A stretch of DNA of 64,000 nucleotides from Hypanus sabinus (taxonomy: Eukaryota). Below are positions 24,151 through 35,566 of the stretch, one piece after another. Both the position numbers and the translations under genes were made by a program. The stretch covers positions 96,968,001-97,032,000 of the forward strand of contig NC_082718.1 of assembly GCF_030144855.1 (NCBI RefSeq), given 5' to 3'. The notes beneath the pieces are model-generated. The model searched no databases. It saw nothing but the letters and a program-made list of their open reading frames with translations, and was not told where the DNA came from. The number at the start of each line of letters is the position of its first letter. The stretch's first letter is position 1.

Positions 24151-25205
24151 AGAATTGCCTAATGTCTGTTGATGTTGATTATATTTATATAATTCGGTAT
24201 ATTTAATTACATTTTATTCGATGTAATGTTTTCTTTTTTTTTTATTAGTTTTTTTATACATTTTACAAGATGTAATGTTTTCTGATTTTTAATTTTTTCT
24301 TATTTTTTATGACTATATTGGTAAGTTCTTTGCATCAATTGTGATTACAAAAAGTGCTATAATATATAAAATTATTAAATAAGTAATGATGGAATAGCAG
24401 AGCAACTCAATGGGCCAAATGGCCTAATTCTGCTCTTCTGTCTTATAGTCTTGTAGTATTGTACTCTGAGTAAATCCAGGATTTAATTTTAGAGTTTTCA
24501 CTTTTAGTTCCATGAATCACTTTCTGGTTTGAAGCAGATTTATTCACACAATTGCGTTTATACTGGTAGAAATGTCAGCAGTTGACCTTGGCATGGAAGC
24601 GTTTAAATTATAGTTTCCCCAAAATAATTCTCCTTGCACATTATAGTCAGCTGACTTTTTTTTTAGTATTGCTTAGCTTGTTAATGTCATGGTTCTGTGG
24701 TAACAAGTGGCACTGCTATTTATGAAATAAGGGAGTAGGAACAGTATGGGAAAAAATTTAAAACAAAAAAAAAATCCAACCTCTCAGAGATTCTTTTTTT
24801 TAAAGTGACTTTTAAAATGGCAGCCACATTTGGCCCAGATGCATTCAGAATAAACAGTTTGCGTGGATGTATTTAAATATCCAGATTATCTCTCCTCTAT
24901 GTTGCAAGATGGGCAATTAAGCAAAATTATCTAATCTTATAGAATGCAGTTTGGTTAAAAAAGGCTTTCAGTGATTGTATTATGCACTGATCTTCAGCCT
25001 TCATGTATATTCAACAAGATAAAAACAAAATTTTGTACCTTACTGGTTGGCTCATAAATATGTTAACTGGAAAGCTAGAGCTAAATTTCCAAATAGCTCT
25101 TAATCTTCCTTTTTAATCAAATTCAGCAGAATAATATTTTAAATTCAGATTTCCTGCCTGGTGCTTTTTTTACTGTTAGAAGAATCATTTGGTTTTGGAG
25201 ATGAG

Positions 25206-25432
25206 GACAGCACGGTAGTGTAGTGGCTAGCACAACGCTTTATGGTACCAGCAACCAGGGTTCAATTCCCACCGCAGCCTGTGTGGGGTTTCCTCCTACA
25301 GACCAATGACATACCGGTTGGTGGGCTAATTGGTCATCATAAATTGTCCGGTGATTAGGCTAGGATTAAATCAGGATTTAATCGGGAAAGCTCGAAGGGC
25401 CAGAAGGGCCTATTCCACACTGTATCACTATA
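25206..25432 (+). mobile_element. tRNA-derived SINE
   Basis: A-box GGTAGTGTAGTGG and B-box GGTTCAATTCC. CR1-like tail GGGCCAGAAGGGCCTATTCCACACTGTAT. A second, degraded copy follows to about 25625. Confidence 0.7.
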
Positions 25433-25767
25433 AGTGCTATTACAGTGCCAATGACCTGGCATCAATTCACCGCTGCCTAAAAGGAGCTTGTACATTCTTC
25501 CCATGACCACGTGGGAATCTTCTGGGTTTCCCCCACATAGTTAATTGGTTATGTAGGTGTAATTGAGTGGTCTAGCCTCCTTGGTCCAGAAGGGCCTGTT
25601 TTAGTGCTGTATCTCTAAATAAATAAGTATGAGCATGCCAAACAGATTTACCTCGATGTTGTTAAATTAAAAATGAAAGCTGTTCAAGTAGTCTATGGTC
25701 AAGATTGTTCCCCTAGTGGCCAAGAATGTATGACTGAGGATGTTAAAATTTCCTTTAAATTCATCAG

Positions 25768-25868
25768 GTGCATTTGGCGTTACTGCAGCTGCAAGGACTG
25801 GAGGATGGATATAATGAGGATATTCTGTTTCCTACCAGAAAATTGAACATTCAGCCTTTTGGACTAAT
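25768..25868 (+). CDS. PLBD2: PLBD2 exon 4
   Basis: VHLALLQLQGLEDGYNEDILFPTRKLNIQPFGL(I), 101 bp, CAG/GTAAGT. Confidence 0.95.
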
Positions 25869-27212
25869 GTAAGTACTTTTTATAAGTCACACACACTGCC
25901 GTCCAAAAGCAGTTACCTTGATTTATTCCCATTAATCTCATTCTCCTATGACTAAATAAATGGATGTTGCTTCTGATTTTTCAGCTTCATCAAATTTCAA
26001 GGGTGGGGCTTCTACATTTTTGTTATGTGACAAGGCTTATGATTCTATGGCTAGCAAATCTTTTTGATGTGGAACGAGCTTAGAGTTGGGAGGTGGAAAT
26101 TGTGGGTTGGGGATGAAAGAGCTGCCTTGATTTGTATTATCACACGAGTGCTAAAGCTGTAGAAACATCTGTAGTGTGTCCTTGCAAGACACTTGTACAG
26201 GCCTTTTGTGCTATACCCATCTCAACATGCATCAGCCCAATGTGTTACTCATGGGATATACTCTGGCAACCAGTTACGTGCCCAAAAATAATTCCCGCCA
26301 TTTTGGACGTAGTTTAAAAACACTGGCCACAGTTTAAGAGAACCTGTTTTTTTTTCTCAACGTGATTCTTTACACCCACCTGGACTGTTTTTTTTTAGGG
26401 CCTTGTTTAGTATAACAACTGTAAGGATGTATCTGTGACAAAACAGAAATGTCATATCAGCCTGGGATGTGCTAACATCCTTACAAACAGCAGCTTTCTA
26501 ACTTGGAAGCAAAAGTACAATTATGTGAGGTCACGTAATGATGTAATTATTCCCGTATTATCACTTCGTGGTTCTGAATTTGAAACCAGTCCACAGAGAA
26601 CTGGTCTCTTTATACCAATTGTTGGTCTCTTTACACCTGCTATAAGGATCCTGAACAAAATTTAGCTTTGGGTACTTTTGAGGGAATTTTAAATAATTTA
26701 AGCCAGCAATAAATTCTAAAATGCCAGTAATTACTTTTCATGTAGCTCTGCGGAGAGGAATTTCAGTGGCTGGAATGTGTTTATTTGATTTTAGTCTTCC
26801 TCTACCTTTTATTTAATGCCATGGACCCCTACCATTAACCGAGGGGCCCAGGGATCCCAGGTTGGGAACTCCTGAGGCACAGTTTATTCATGAAGGAACT
26901 TGAAAGCACTGGTGCAGTTGAGTACATTTCCCTGAAGTGGAGGCTGCAATAGATTATGAAAACGAAAGCAGAGAGCTCTGTGGTATGCTTGACGTCCTTA
27001 TGCCTGGAGTGGGACGCTGATCACCACCAAGCAGAAAAGTGTTTCATTTCCCTCATGCAGATATGCCTGACTTCAAGTATAACAGAGTCCACTCTCTCCT
27101 GGAAAAAATAAAGTATAGCCTATTTGTCAACAGCTTTGAGTACATTGGCAGTGTTTTACGTGGACTTTAATAGTAAATGGAACTAATTTGGAAACTGCTC
27201 GGGCAGTTGGTG

Positions 27213-27290
27213 ATTGGGTTGAGTTGTTTTCCAATCTTGGCCGTGCACTTGCAAGTGAATTGCCGAGACTGGAGAACAACTCAACCCAAT
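27213..27290. repeat. 78-nt near-perfect inverted repeat (hairpin) in PLBD2 intron 4
   Basis: ATTGGGTTGAGTTGTTTTCCAATCTTGGC-CGTG-CACTTG / CAAGTG-AATT-GCCGAGACTGGAGAACAACTCAACCCAAT. Confidence 0.9.
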
Positions 27291-27804
27291 TAATAATGAA
27301 TTGAAATGATAAGTAGTTGTAATGTAACTTCCCGCGCAACTTGATGACTCTGTACAGAAATTACTCATTGTGGTTAATAGCGGGGGAGAAAACACAATGG
27401 TTGCATATATGTAGATAGGAAACCAGAAGTATTACTATGAGATTTGACCTTTCCTTCACTCGTGCACATGCATATTGCGAACTAAAGTTCTATTTTCATA
27501 TTTAGTATAAACTGCAGATATGTTAAACTGACACTCTTTGTATTGATCTGACGTCCTTTTTTCAGTGCTCTACACATTCCCTCTGCTGTTACCTTTGCAC
27601 TTCAGAGTCCCATAAAAACCTATCTCCATTTTTTCCTTCATAAGAGAATAACAAGTGACTGAAAATGCTGGAAAACCACCATTTAAGCATTGATTTGTTT
27701 GCTAAATGATTTTAAGGTCTTTCTCATTACTCTGAGATATTAACTATTTCTCCCAATCAGATGCTGCCCAATCTGAGCATTATCAATCTTTGCTTTTGAG
27801 TTTC

Positions 27805-28400
27805 TTTCACGCCATATTGTGGGTTTGTAAAAAGAACACTGCCCCTGTCAGCTGCGTTTCCCAGAACATAGCTGAAATAGTTCCTTCCCGACTGTGAATG
27901 CTGATTTCTGTTGAAACCCTCTGGTTTCTTTGGCTGATATGAATCTTAACTTAAGGGTCAGTAAGGAAAACAAAAAGAAAAGGTTCCATTTTAATTAAAC
28001 AGTCAGATGTGCACAAGTTGGAACACATCTTGAACTTCTTAGTCACTCGTACACTACGCCGTCAGTCTGCATGAAAGCTCACAGCATCTTGTGAACGTCA
28101 CTTGCAATCCATCTCGAGCAAACGGGTCTCCCACTGGGTCCTATCCTGCGACCGGCTCTCCCCAGAGCCTTCTCTCTTCATCTCCTGCTGAGCAAAAAAA
28201 AACCCAAGACCAATCTCAGTATCGCTCCCCAAAAAAAATCACCTCCACCTCCCCCCCCCAGTTCCAGCATCCTAATGGACAATACATATTCCTCATCATC
28301 CCTTATCTTCAACAATAATCCAAAAAGGTTGAAAGCAGAGCAGAGCTGCTAAGTGAATTACCTACAGCATAACAGTAAAAATGTGAACCAGGGCATTACA
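27805..28400 (-). mobile_element. Probable solo LTR
   Basis: Minus strand begins TGTAATGCCCTGG at 28400 and the composition is LTR-like. The other terminus is degraded and no clean TSD was found. Confidence 0.4.
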
Positions 28401-29723
28401 CTATATTCTGTCAAGAAGTGGCGCTGTTACTGCTTAAGGTGACAATTTCCGTGGGAAAGCATCTAGAACAATGTTTGTTTCCTCCCAAATGGATTTGCTG
28501 TTTTAATCTCTTGTCTGATGCAGACAATTACAGTCTGACTAGGTACAGAGACTTGTATTGTCATAAGGCATCCCAGCAATGGAACAGGCTAAATTAATTT
28601 ACCTTTTCCTAGATTTTCCTTTTATGTACATTTGTGTTAATGTTTGTATTAAGTTTTTCTTTGCTGGTTTTTATTGTATCTTATTTGCTTTTGAGCAATT
28701 TCTGTATAAAATCACTAACTTGAAGACCTCTCGGCTCATGGAGGTTTCTTTTCAGTTTTTACTAATAATGTGGACATATTAAACTGGAAGTCTGACTCGT
28801 GACTCTTAACCGAGCTGCCTCTGCTAAACTAACCAGGGCATTCTGTTTTATCACAGCACTAAGTTTGACCACAACTTCCCCTGATATGTTTCAGTTAAAT
28901 AGTTCATTAATTTTTCACCTTCGGTTGTTACTTTGGGTTTTGTGGAGTATTGAGTCTGCTAAAGTCTCAGCAAGCAGCTTTACTACTTCAGTAATGTTGT
29001 TGAAACACCAGACATGGGATAAACCACTTCTCCTTTCCAATGGATGTAATCACGTTGAATCTTCTGTGATTATACTCTGTTTTCTCCTTCTTGGGCCCTT
29101 GGCTCCCAGCGGAGCATAGGCCATTGCTGGCCTCCCGTCTCTGTTGTCCAAAGTCAATGGTATAGTTGGAGTTCACCAATGCTTCTGTAATCCATTGCAT
29201 CCACTGCGCAGGGGATCAGTCTATACAGCTTCACCAGCCTTGTCCACTTGCACCTGTTACGCAGGGACGCAGGACTGGACTTTGAGAGGCATTGTGCTCT
29301 CAGTAGGTCCAGCAATCTCCATTTTCTTCCACTTGTATTATTTCTGTTTCAGATATTACTGTGGGCCTCCAACGAACGAAGTAAATTGTGAAACTGTTTT
29401 GCTATGTTTTCACAGTGAAGGAGAAGGGATTTTTTTTGTTTGTCACAATAGTTTCTGGTGGTGTCAGTTCAGATTTTTAAGGCACATTGATATGTTTTCT
29501 ATTTGTGATCTTTGTGTTAACATTAATTATGTATTTCTATTATGCATTTTCATTTCCTTCTGCACTACAGCTATTTATTCTGGGCCCAACCTTCCTGCAA
29601 AGAGATTGATATTGGCCTGAGAAGCTTGTGACAATTAAGGATTTTCTTGCAGAATAACTCGGCTTATTATCCTTTTGATAACACCTCTTACTTAATCATT
29701 TTAATTAATTTCCATAATTGTAG

Positions 29724-29938
29724 TCTCTTTCAGATGTTTGGTGACTTGGAAGATCTAGAAAGTGTATTTAATAAATCAGACAGTTCAAAGAGGTTTGGTT
29801 CTGGATCCTGCTCTGCATTCATCAAGCTACTGCCAGGCAATAAGGAGCTGTTTACTTCTCATGACACCTGGAACAACTATCAGACAATGCTGAGAATTAT
29901 CAAAAAGTACAAGCTGTCCTTCAAGTCCTTCCCAGGAG
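29724..29938 (+). CDS. PLBD2: PLBD2 exon 5 (contains the autocatalytic S|C Ntn nucleophile)
   Basis: (I)LFQMFGDLEDLESVFN...GSGSCSAFIKLLPGNKELFTSHDTWNNYQTMLRIIKKY...FPG, 215 bp, TAG/GTATAC. Confidence 0.96.
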
Positions 29939-30649
29939 GTATACGTGTTGCAAAAACAATTCAGCACTTTTAACAGCTGTGAAATCCCATTGTATAAAAC
30001 TTTAGATCACAAATAAGCAAAAATAACGAACTTTGCATTTTTTGTCTTGTAATTTGTATAGGTGTGCACATTATCAGGGAATAAAAGTGTTGAATTTCAG
30101 TATTCTTTGGGAGGCCTTAACTGGACAGTAAAATCTTGCTCTTGCTAGGTCTTGGAAGAACCAAGCTTAGACGACTGGATTTCGATAATATGCCCTTGCA
30201 ATTTTTATCATTTGCCTATCACATTTGGGATCTGTTTGAATTATTCCATCTTCTTTGGTTAAAAGTATTCTTTGTATGCAGGTTATTAGAATATGGGGAA
30301 TATTTCCTGACGACTTGGTCCTGGCATATAAAAGTAAATAATTCGATGTGTTATGAATGAGCTAAACGGGAGTGTGCATTTGTGCAAAGGCAATTTATTT
30401 ATTGAGTTAAAACAGTTTTTAAAGTTGCATCTATCCACAGAGATGCTGATCCCTTTGCCATCCAGAGGAATTGTGTCCTGTACACTGGCACTCAAGATGA
30501 GGTGCTTAAATTTAAATATTTTCTGCAGTGAGTGCATCAGCTGTAAACAATGATTCTTTTATGAAGTAAATGAGTTTAGGTTCACAAATTACTGGAAATC
30601 GAAGGAACTAAATTAACATTTTTTTTTCATTCTCTTCTGTTCGACATAG

Positions 30650-30741
30650 GTGATTTAATACCAGGAGAAGTGCAAGCTTTTTCATCGTATCCAGGGATTA
30701 TCTTTTCTGGTGATGATTTTTACATCCTGAGTAGTGGATTG
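30650..30741 (+). CDS. PLBD2: PLBD2 exon 6
   Basis: (G)DLIPGEVQAFSSYPGIIFSGDDFYILSSGL, 92 bp, TAG/GTGAG. Confidence 0.96.
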
Positions 30742-31249
30742 GTGAGCAGTTTCTTGCTGAGTTTTTAACTTTCTAACTTTCACTGGCCTGACAAATATGT
30801 AAATATCTTTGGATATTACTTATCTGTTGGAGCATCAGTGGTGTTATGTTAGAGCATGAACATTTTGAATTATTCCAAGGATGGGCATATACTTGTAAGA
30901 CTGGTATGTGTAGCTTGCCAATGAACTGCCCTGGAAGGGGGTCACTGTACCTCCAGATGCTAGCTCACTGTCAGTTTCCAATTTTGCAGCTGGGTGTCTT
31001 CACAAAGGTGGAAGAACGACTTTTTCCAAGTGGTGCATGTTGTTGAGAGGAGACTGGATGTGATTGTATTCGCTCTTCCAGCCCGGTGAGACGGTTCTCT
31101 CACACTTCTGGCAGGCTTGTAGATTGCAGAAAAGAATTGCGCAGTTGGGTTGCGAACTGCTGAGCAGCTCTTGGAACAACTGCCCCAGTTAGGTTTCCTC
31201 CCTGACACGCAGAAGTCCCACAGGTTGACGTATGGTGGAGAATTGGGTG

Positions 31250-31755
31250 ATGGAATATGAAAGCCATTCCAATATGTCCATCCATGGCCTCCTCCACTGT
31301 TGTGATGAGGTCACACTTAGGTTGGAGGAACAACACCTTATATTCCATTTGGGCAGCCTCCAACCTGATGGCATGAACATCGATTTCTCAAACTTCCAGT
31401 AATGCCCCCTAACCCCCCCCTTTTCCCATCCCCTTTTCCTTCTCTAATCTCATCTCCTTGCACACCCATCGCCTCCCTCTGGTGCTTCTTCCCCCTTTTT
31501 TCTTTCTTCCATGGCCTTCTGTCTCTTTCACCAATTAACTTCCGAGCTCTTGACTTCATCCCTCCCCCTCCAGGTTTCACCTGTCACCTGGTGCTTCTCA
31601 CCCCCCCCCCTTCCCCCCACCTTTTAAATCTACTCCTCAGTTTTTTTTTCTCCAGTCCTACCGAAGGGTTTCAGCCTGAAACGTCAACTGTACTCTTTTC
31701 CATAGATGCTGCCTGACCTGCTGAGCTCCTCCAGCAGTTTGTGTGCGTGTGTTGC
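31250..31755 (+). mobile_element. Penelope-like element 3' fragment
   Basis: RLEEQHLIFHLGSLQPDGMNIDFSNF (C-terminus of the GIY-YIG region), a pyrimidine-rich 3'UTR, and a mutated hammerhead motif at 31653-31690. Confidence 0.7.
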
Positions 31756-32993
31756 TGTGGAAACCAGAATGTTGTTTTGAATTTGTTCCACTTTGACACA
31801 TTAATTGAGGCATTGAAGATGAAAGTGAAGACTTGGAATCATTGTGCATATCCTCACTTCTGACTTTGAAGGAGAGAAGGTCATTAATGGAATTGATGAA
31901 GGTGATTGAACAAAGGAGCAACATCTCAGTACCACAAAATGCTGGAGGAACTCAGTGGGTCAGCAATATCTCAGTGCTCAGACATCGTCCTCGAGCGCAA
32001 CCAATTTCCTTCTCACAACTTGCATCTCCCACCAATGGAAAGCTTTCCCCCAGATACCCATTTCTATTAGAGCTCCCTGATAGCTGAAAGTGTCAAATGT
32101 TTCCTTGATGTCAAAGTCAGACACTGTTACCTCAATTCTGGAATTGGGTACTTTTGTCCACGTTTGAAATGTGCTGTGTGGATTTAAGTGGCCTGACACG
32201 ACTCAAAATGGTCACCGGTGAGCAGGTTCACACAAACGAATTCCCCTCACAAACTCCCAATGACACTTACAGGCACTCTCCTCAGAGTAGATAGATGGAG
32301 TGGCAATTAACTGGGCTGGATTTGTGAAAAACAAAGAAAAATAACAGATACTGCAGCTCTGAAATAAAAGCGGAAGGTGCTGGAAAAACACAACAGGACA
32401 GGCTGGTTCTGTGGAAAGTGAAACAGGTAACTCGGCTGAAAAAAAAAATGGAAGGCCGTATATGTCACCACATACATCCCTGAGATTCATTTTCATGTGG
32501 GCATACTCAGTAAATCAGTAATGACCATACAGAATTAATAAAAGACCGCACCAACTTGGGCATTCAAACATTCTGCAAAAGACGACAAACTGAAAATCAA
32601 AAGAAATAAATCGTAATAAATATCAAGAACACGAGATGAAAGTGAATCCCTAGTTTGTGGAAACATTTCAGTGATGGGGCAAGTGAAGTTATCCCCTTTG
32701 GTTCAAGAGCCTGATGGTTGAGGGGTAATAACTGTTCCTGAACCTGGTGGTATGAGTCCTGAGGCTCCTGTATCTTATTCCCGGTAGTATTGCAAAGAGA
32801 GCATGTTGTGGGTGATGGGGGATCCCTGATGATGGATACTACTTTCCTGCGACAGGCTTTTGCGTAGATGTGTTCAATAAATGACACTTCAGTTTCAGAA
32901 TCAGGTTTAATATCACCAACATACGTCGTGAAATTTGTTAACTGGCAGCAGCAGCAGTACAATGCAATTCATGATAATATCGAAAAAAAAGTA

Positions 32994-34755
32994 CCGTGGA
33001 TTCCGGACTACAGAGCGCACCTGATTAAAAGCCGCACACTCTAATTTTAGAAAGAAAATCAATTTTGTACTTGTACAGGCCGCACCGGATTTTAAGCCGC
33101 AGGTGTCCCACGTTGTAATATGAGATATTTACACAGAAAGATATTACACGTGAGGATTTTTTAACTTTTAATTAAATCCGTATGGTAACATAAACAAATA
33201 CATATTGCAAATGCTTTTTTTCGAACAGTGCCTGTAACACAGCTACTTTTAAATATACATACGTATCGGTAACACACAAATTACATTGCGTATACTTTTT
33301 TACTGAAGAGTGCACGAACAACATTCCAATATCTCCTAACGACTGGTAAAAAATATATATATACTGCAGCCTACCAGGAAATGTTATTGATCGCCTTCTT
33401 CATCTTCCTCCTGCGCACTAAAACCATCAAAGTCCTTCAGTGTCCGAATTGAACAACCTCAGGATCTCATCACTCACTTCAGTCTCTTCGTTGTCGCTCT
33501 CACTTGAGCGCACGCGGTCCTCTTCATCACGCAGCAGTCCAGCCTTTCAAAACCCTTTGGTGATGGTGGATGTTGTGACACGGCTCCACGCATTTAGGAT
33601 CCACTGGCAGATGTGAGTTAAAGATGCTCTTCGCATGCGTCCTGTTTTGGTTAAGGATTTCTCGCCGCTCATCATCCAAGCCTTCCACTCAACACGCAGC
33701 GCCACTTTAAATGCCCGGTTCATGCTGATGTCCAGTGGCTGCAAATACTTCGTGGTGCCCCCAGGAATCACAGCTGGAATTGAGTTTGTACTCTTGATGG
33801 CAGCTTTCACTGAACTTTCATTGTCAGCCGCTTAAAAAATCACCATCGGTGGAAGCTTTAGTCCGGTTGCTGTGTAGCTCAGAACACAAGTAAAATGCGT
33901 TCTCTCATGGCCACTTGTTTTCAGTGTGATGGACAAGTCACCTTTTTTATTAACAGTCCGAGTGAGAGGCAGGTCAAATGTCAAAGGTACTTCATCCATA
34001 TTTATGATATCATCTGGCCCGATGGAATTCTCCGCTATCTTTGTTTGAGTGAATGTGCGGAAGTTAGCAAGTTTTTCCTCGTGGTCGGAAGGGAGCTGCT
34101 GACACAGAGTCGTGCGTACCCTGACGGACAGGCCTTTTCGTCTCATAAATCTAAAACATCACGATGGCCCACCTCTAAAATCTTCGATTTTCATTTTGGT
34201 GGCGATTGCTTTAGCCTTCAGTCTGATCTGCACGGTGAAAACACCGCGGCCGTCTGCTCTCTGTGTGTTAACCCAGTCTTCAAGAAAGTTTTCAAGTTCG
34301 GGCCATCTGCTGTGATTACCTCTGAAAGCTTTTGTCGTCTTTTTGCATTGACTCAGTTCTTCACGCCGGCGTCTCCACCGTCTCACCATCGATTCGCTTA
34401 TGCCAAGATTATGTGCAGCAGCTCGATTTCCTTCTTCAACCGCCAGATTGATCGCCTTTAACTTAAAAGCTGCATCATATGCTTTTCTTCGAGTGTTTTC
34501 CATGTTGATGAGGGTGAGTACAAATGACTGATTTACAATAATTTAATTGTGAAAGTGCGCTTGATTTATCGTACAATTTCATTGGACCTCTGTGAACTAC
34601 TCATCAATTTTATTGGTCTACTGTTACGAGGCAAAATGTTTTTGGCGGCATGAAAAAAAAACATGCATTAGCCGCACCGTAGTATAGGCTGCAGTGTTGC
34701 CGCAGTGTTCAAAGCGTGGGGAAAAAGGTAGCGGCTTATAGTCCAGAATTTACGG
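32994..34755 (-). mobile_element. pogo-family (POGK/Passer-like) DNA transposon, internally deleted
   Basis: TA TSDs at 32992-93 and 34756-57. Imperfect TIRs CCGTGGATTCCGGACTA / TAGTCCAGAATTTACGG. Broken transposase: Brinker-type DBD (34159..34503), INMDEVPLTFD (33832..34146) and IPGGTTKYLQPLDISMNRAFK (33547..33810). Confidence 0.9.
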
Positions 34756-35405
34756 TAAATCAATTACAGTAAGTAATGTATATTAACTAGTTAAATTTTA
34801 AATAATGCAAAAACAGAAATGGGGGAAAAGATTGGGTTGAGTGTCTATTCACAAGTCTGTTGGCAGAGGAGAGGAGGCTGTTCCTATTCGCTGAGTGTAT
34901 GCCTTCAGGCTTCTGTACCTCCTTCCAGACAGTAACAATGAGAAGAGGGTAACTCTTTGTGGTGTTTCACCTGAAACATAACTGTTTCTCCTTTTAGAGG
35001 TTGCTTGGCCTTTCCAACATGTTCTGGATGCATGTTGTCCCACTTTCTGTGAACAGTACAGGCTTGTAACATTTTCCACCTCCAGATAGATTGCCAAAAC
35101 TTCTTGTGGAAACAAGAGTTTGGGTTCATGTGTGAAAGATGCATTAATATGTAAGCAGAAGTTGTGGTTTTTAAAACAATATAATTTAGTTGAATATGGG
35201 GAACAATATAAGTGGAGGAGAAAGATTTGCTGTGTCTTTGCATTATAAAGACATACAAGTAAATAAGCAAAAGGCAATCAGAGAAAAAACAAAAAATTTC
35301 ACGACATGGCAGTGAAATTGAATCTGATCCTGAAATAAAAAATGTAATTTTAACATAAAAGTCCTGAAAGTAGAGCAAATGTTTTATTAATGTTCTTTCT
35401 TGTAG

Positions 35406-35566
35406 GTTACTCTGGAAACCACAATCGGCAATAATAATGCACAGTTATGGAGTTTTGTCAAGCCAGTTGGTTCTGTGATGGAATGGTTGAGAAACATCGT
35501 AGCTAATCGACTTGCAAGAAGTGGTGCAGAATGGGCTGCAATTTTTAGGAAATTCAACAGTGGCAC
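35406..35566 (+). CDS. PLBD2: PLBD2 exon 7
   Basis: VTLETTIGNNNAQLWSFVKPVGSVMEWLRNIVANRLARSGAEWAAIFRKFNSG(T), 161 bp, TAG/GTGAGT. Confidence 0.96.

Noticed and set aside
25206-25280. tRNA-like A and B boxes
   Set aside because: There is no full cloverleaf, and the sequence continues into a SINE body and LINE-like tail. It is a SINE head, not a tRNA gene.
29731-29733. Stronger-looking CAG acceptor 10 nt inside PLBD2 exon 5
   Set aside because: It would shift the frame relative to exon 4 (phase 2). The TAG at 29721-23 keeps the conserved frame.
29939-29946. PLBD2 exon 5 donor GTATAC as a possible second U12 intron
   Set aside because: It lacks the GTATCCT consensus, and the acceptor has a normal polypyrimidine tract.
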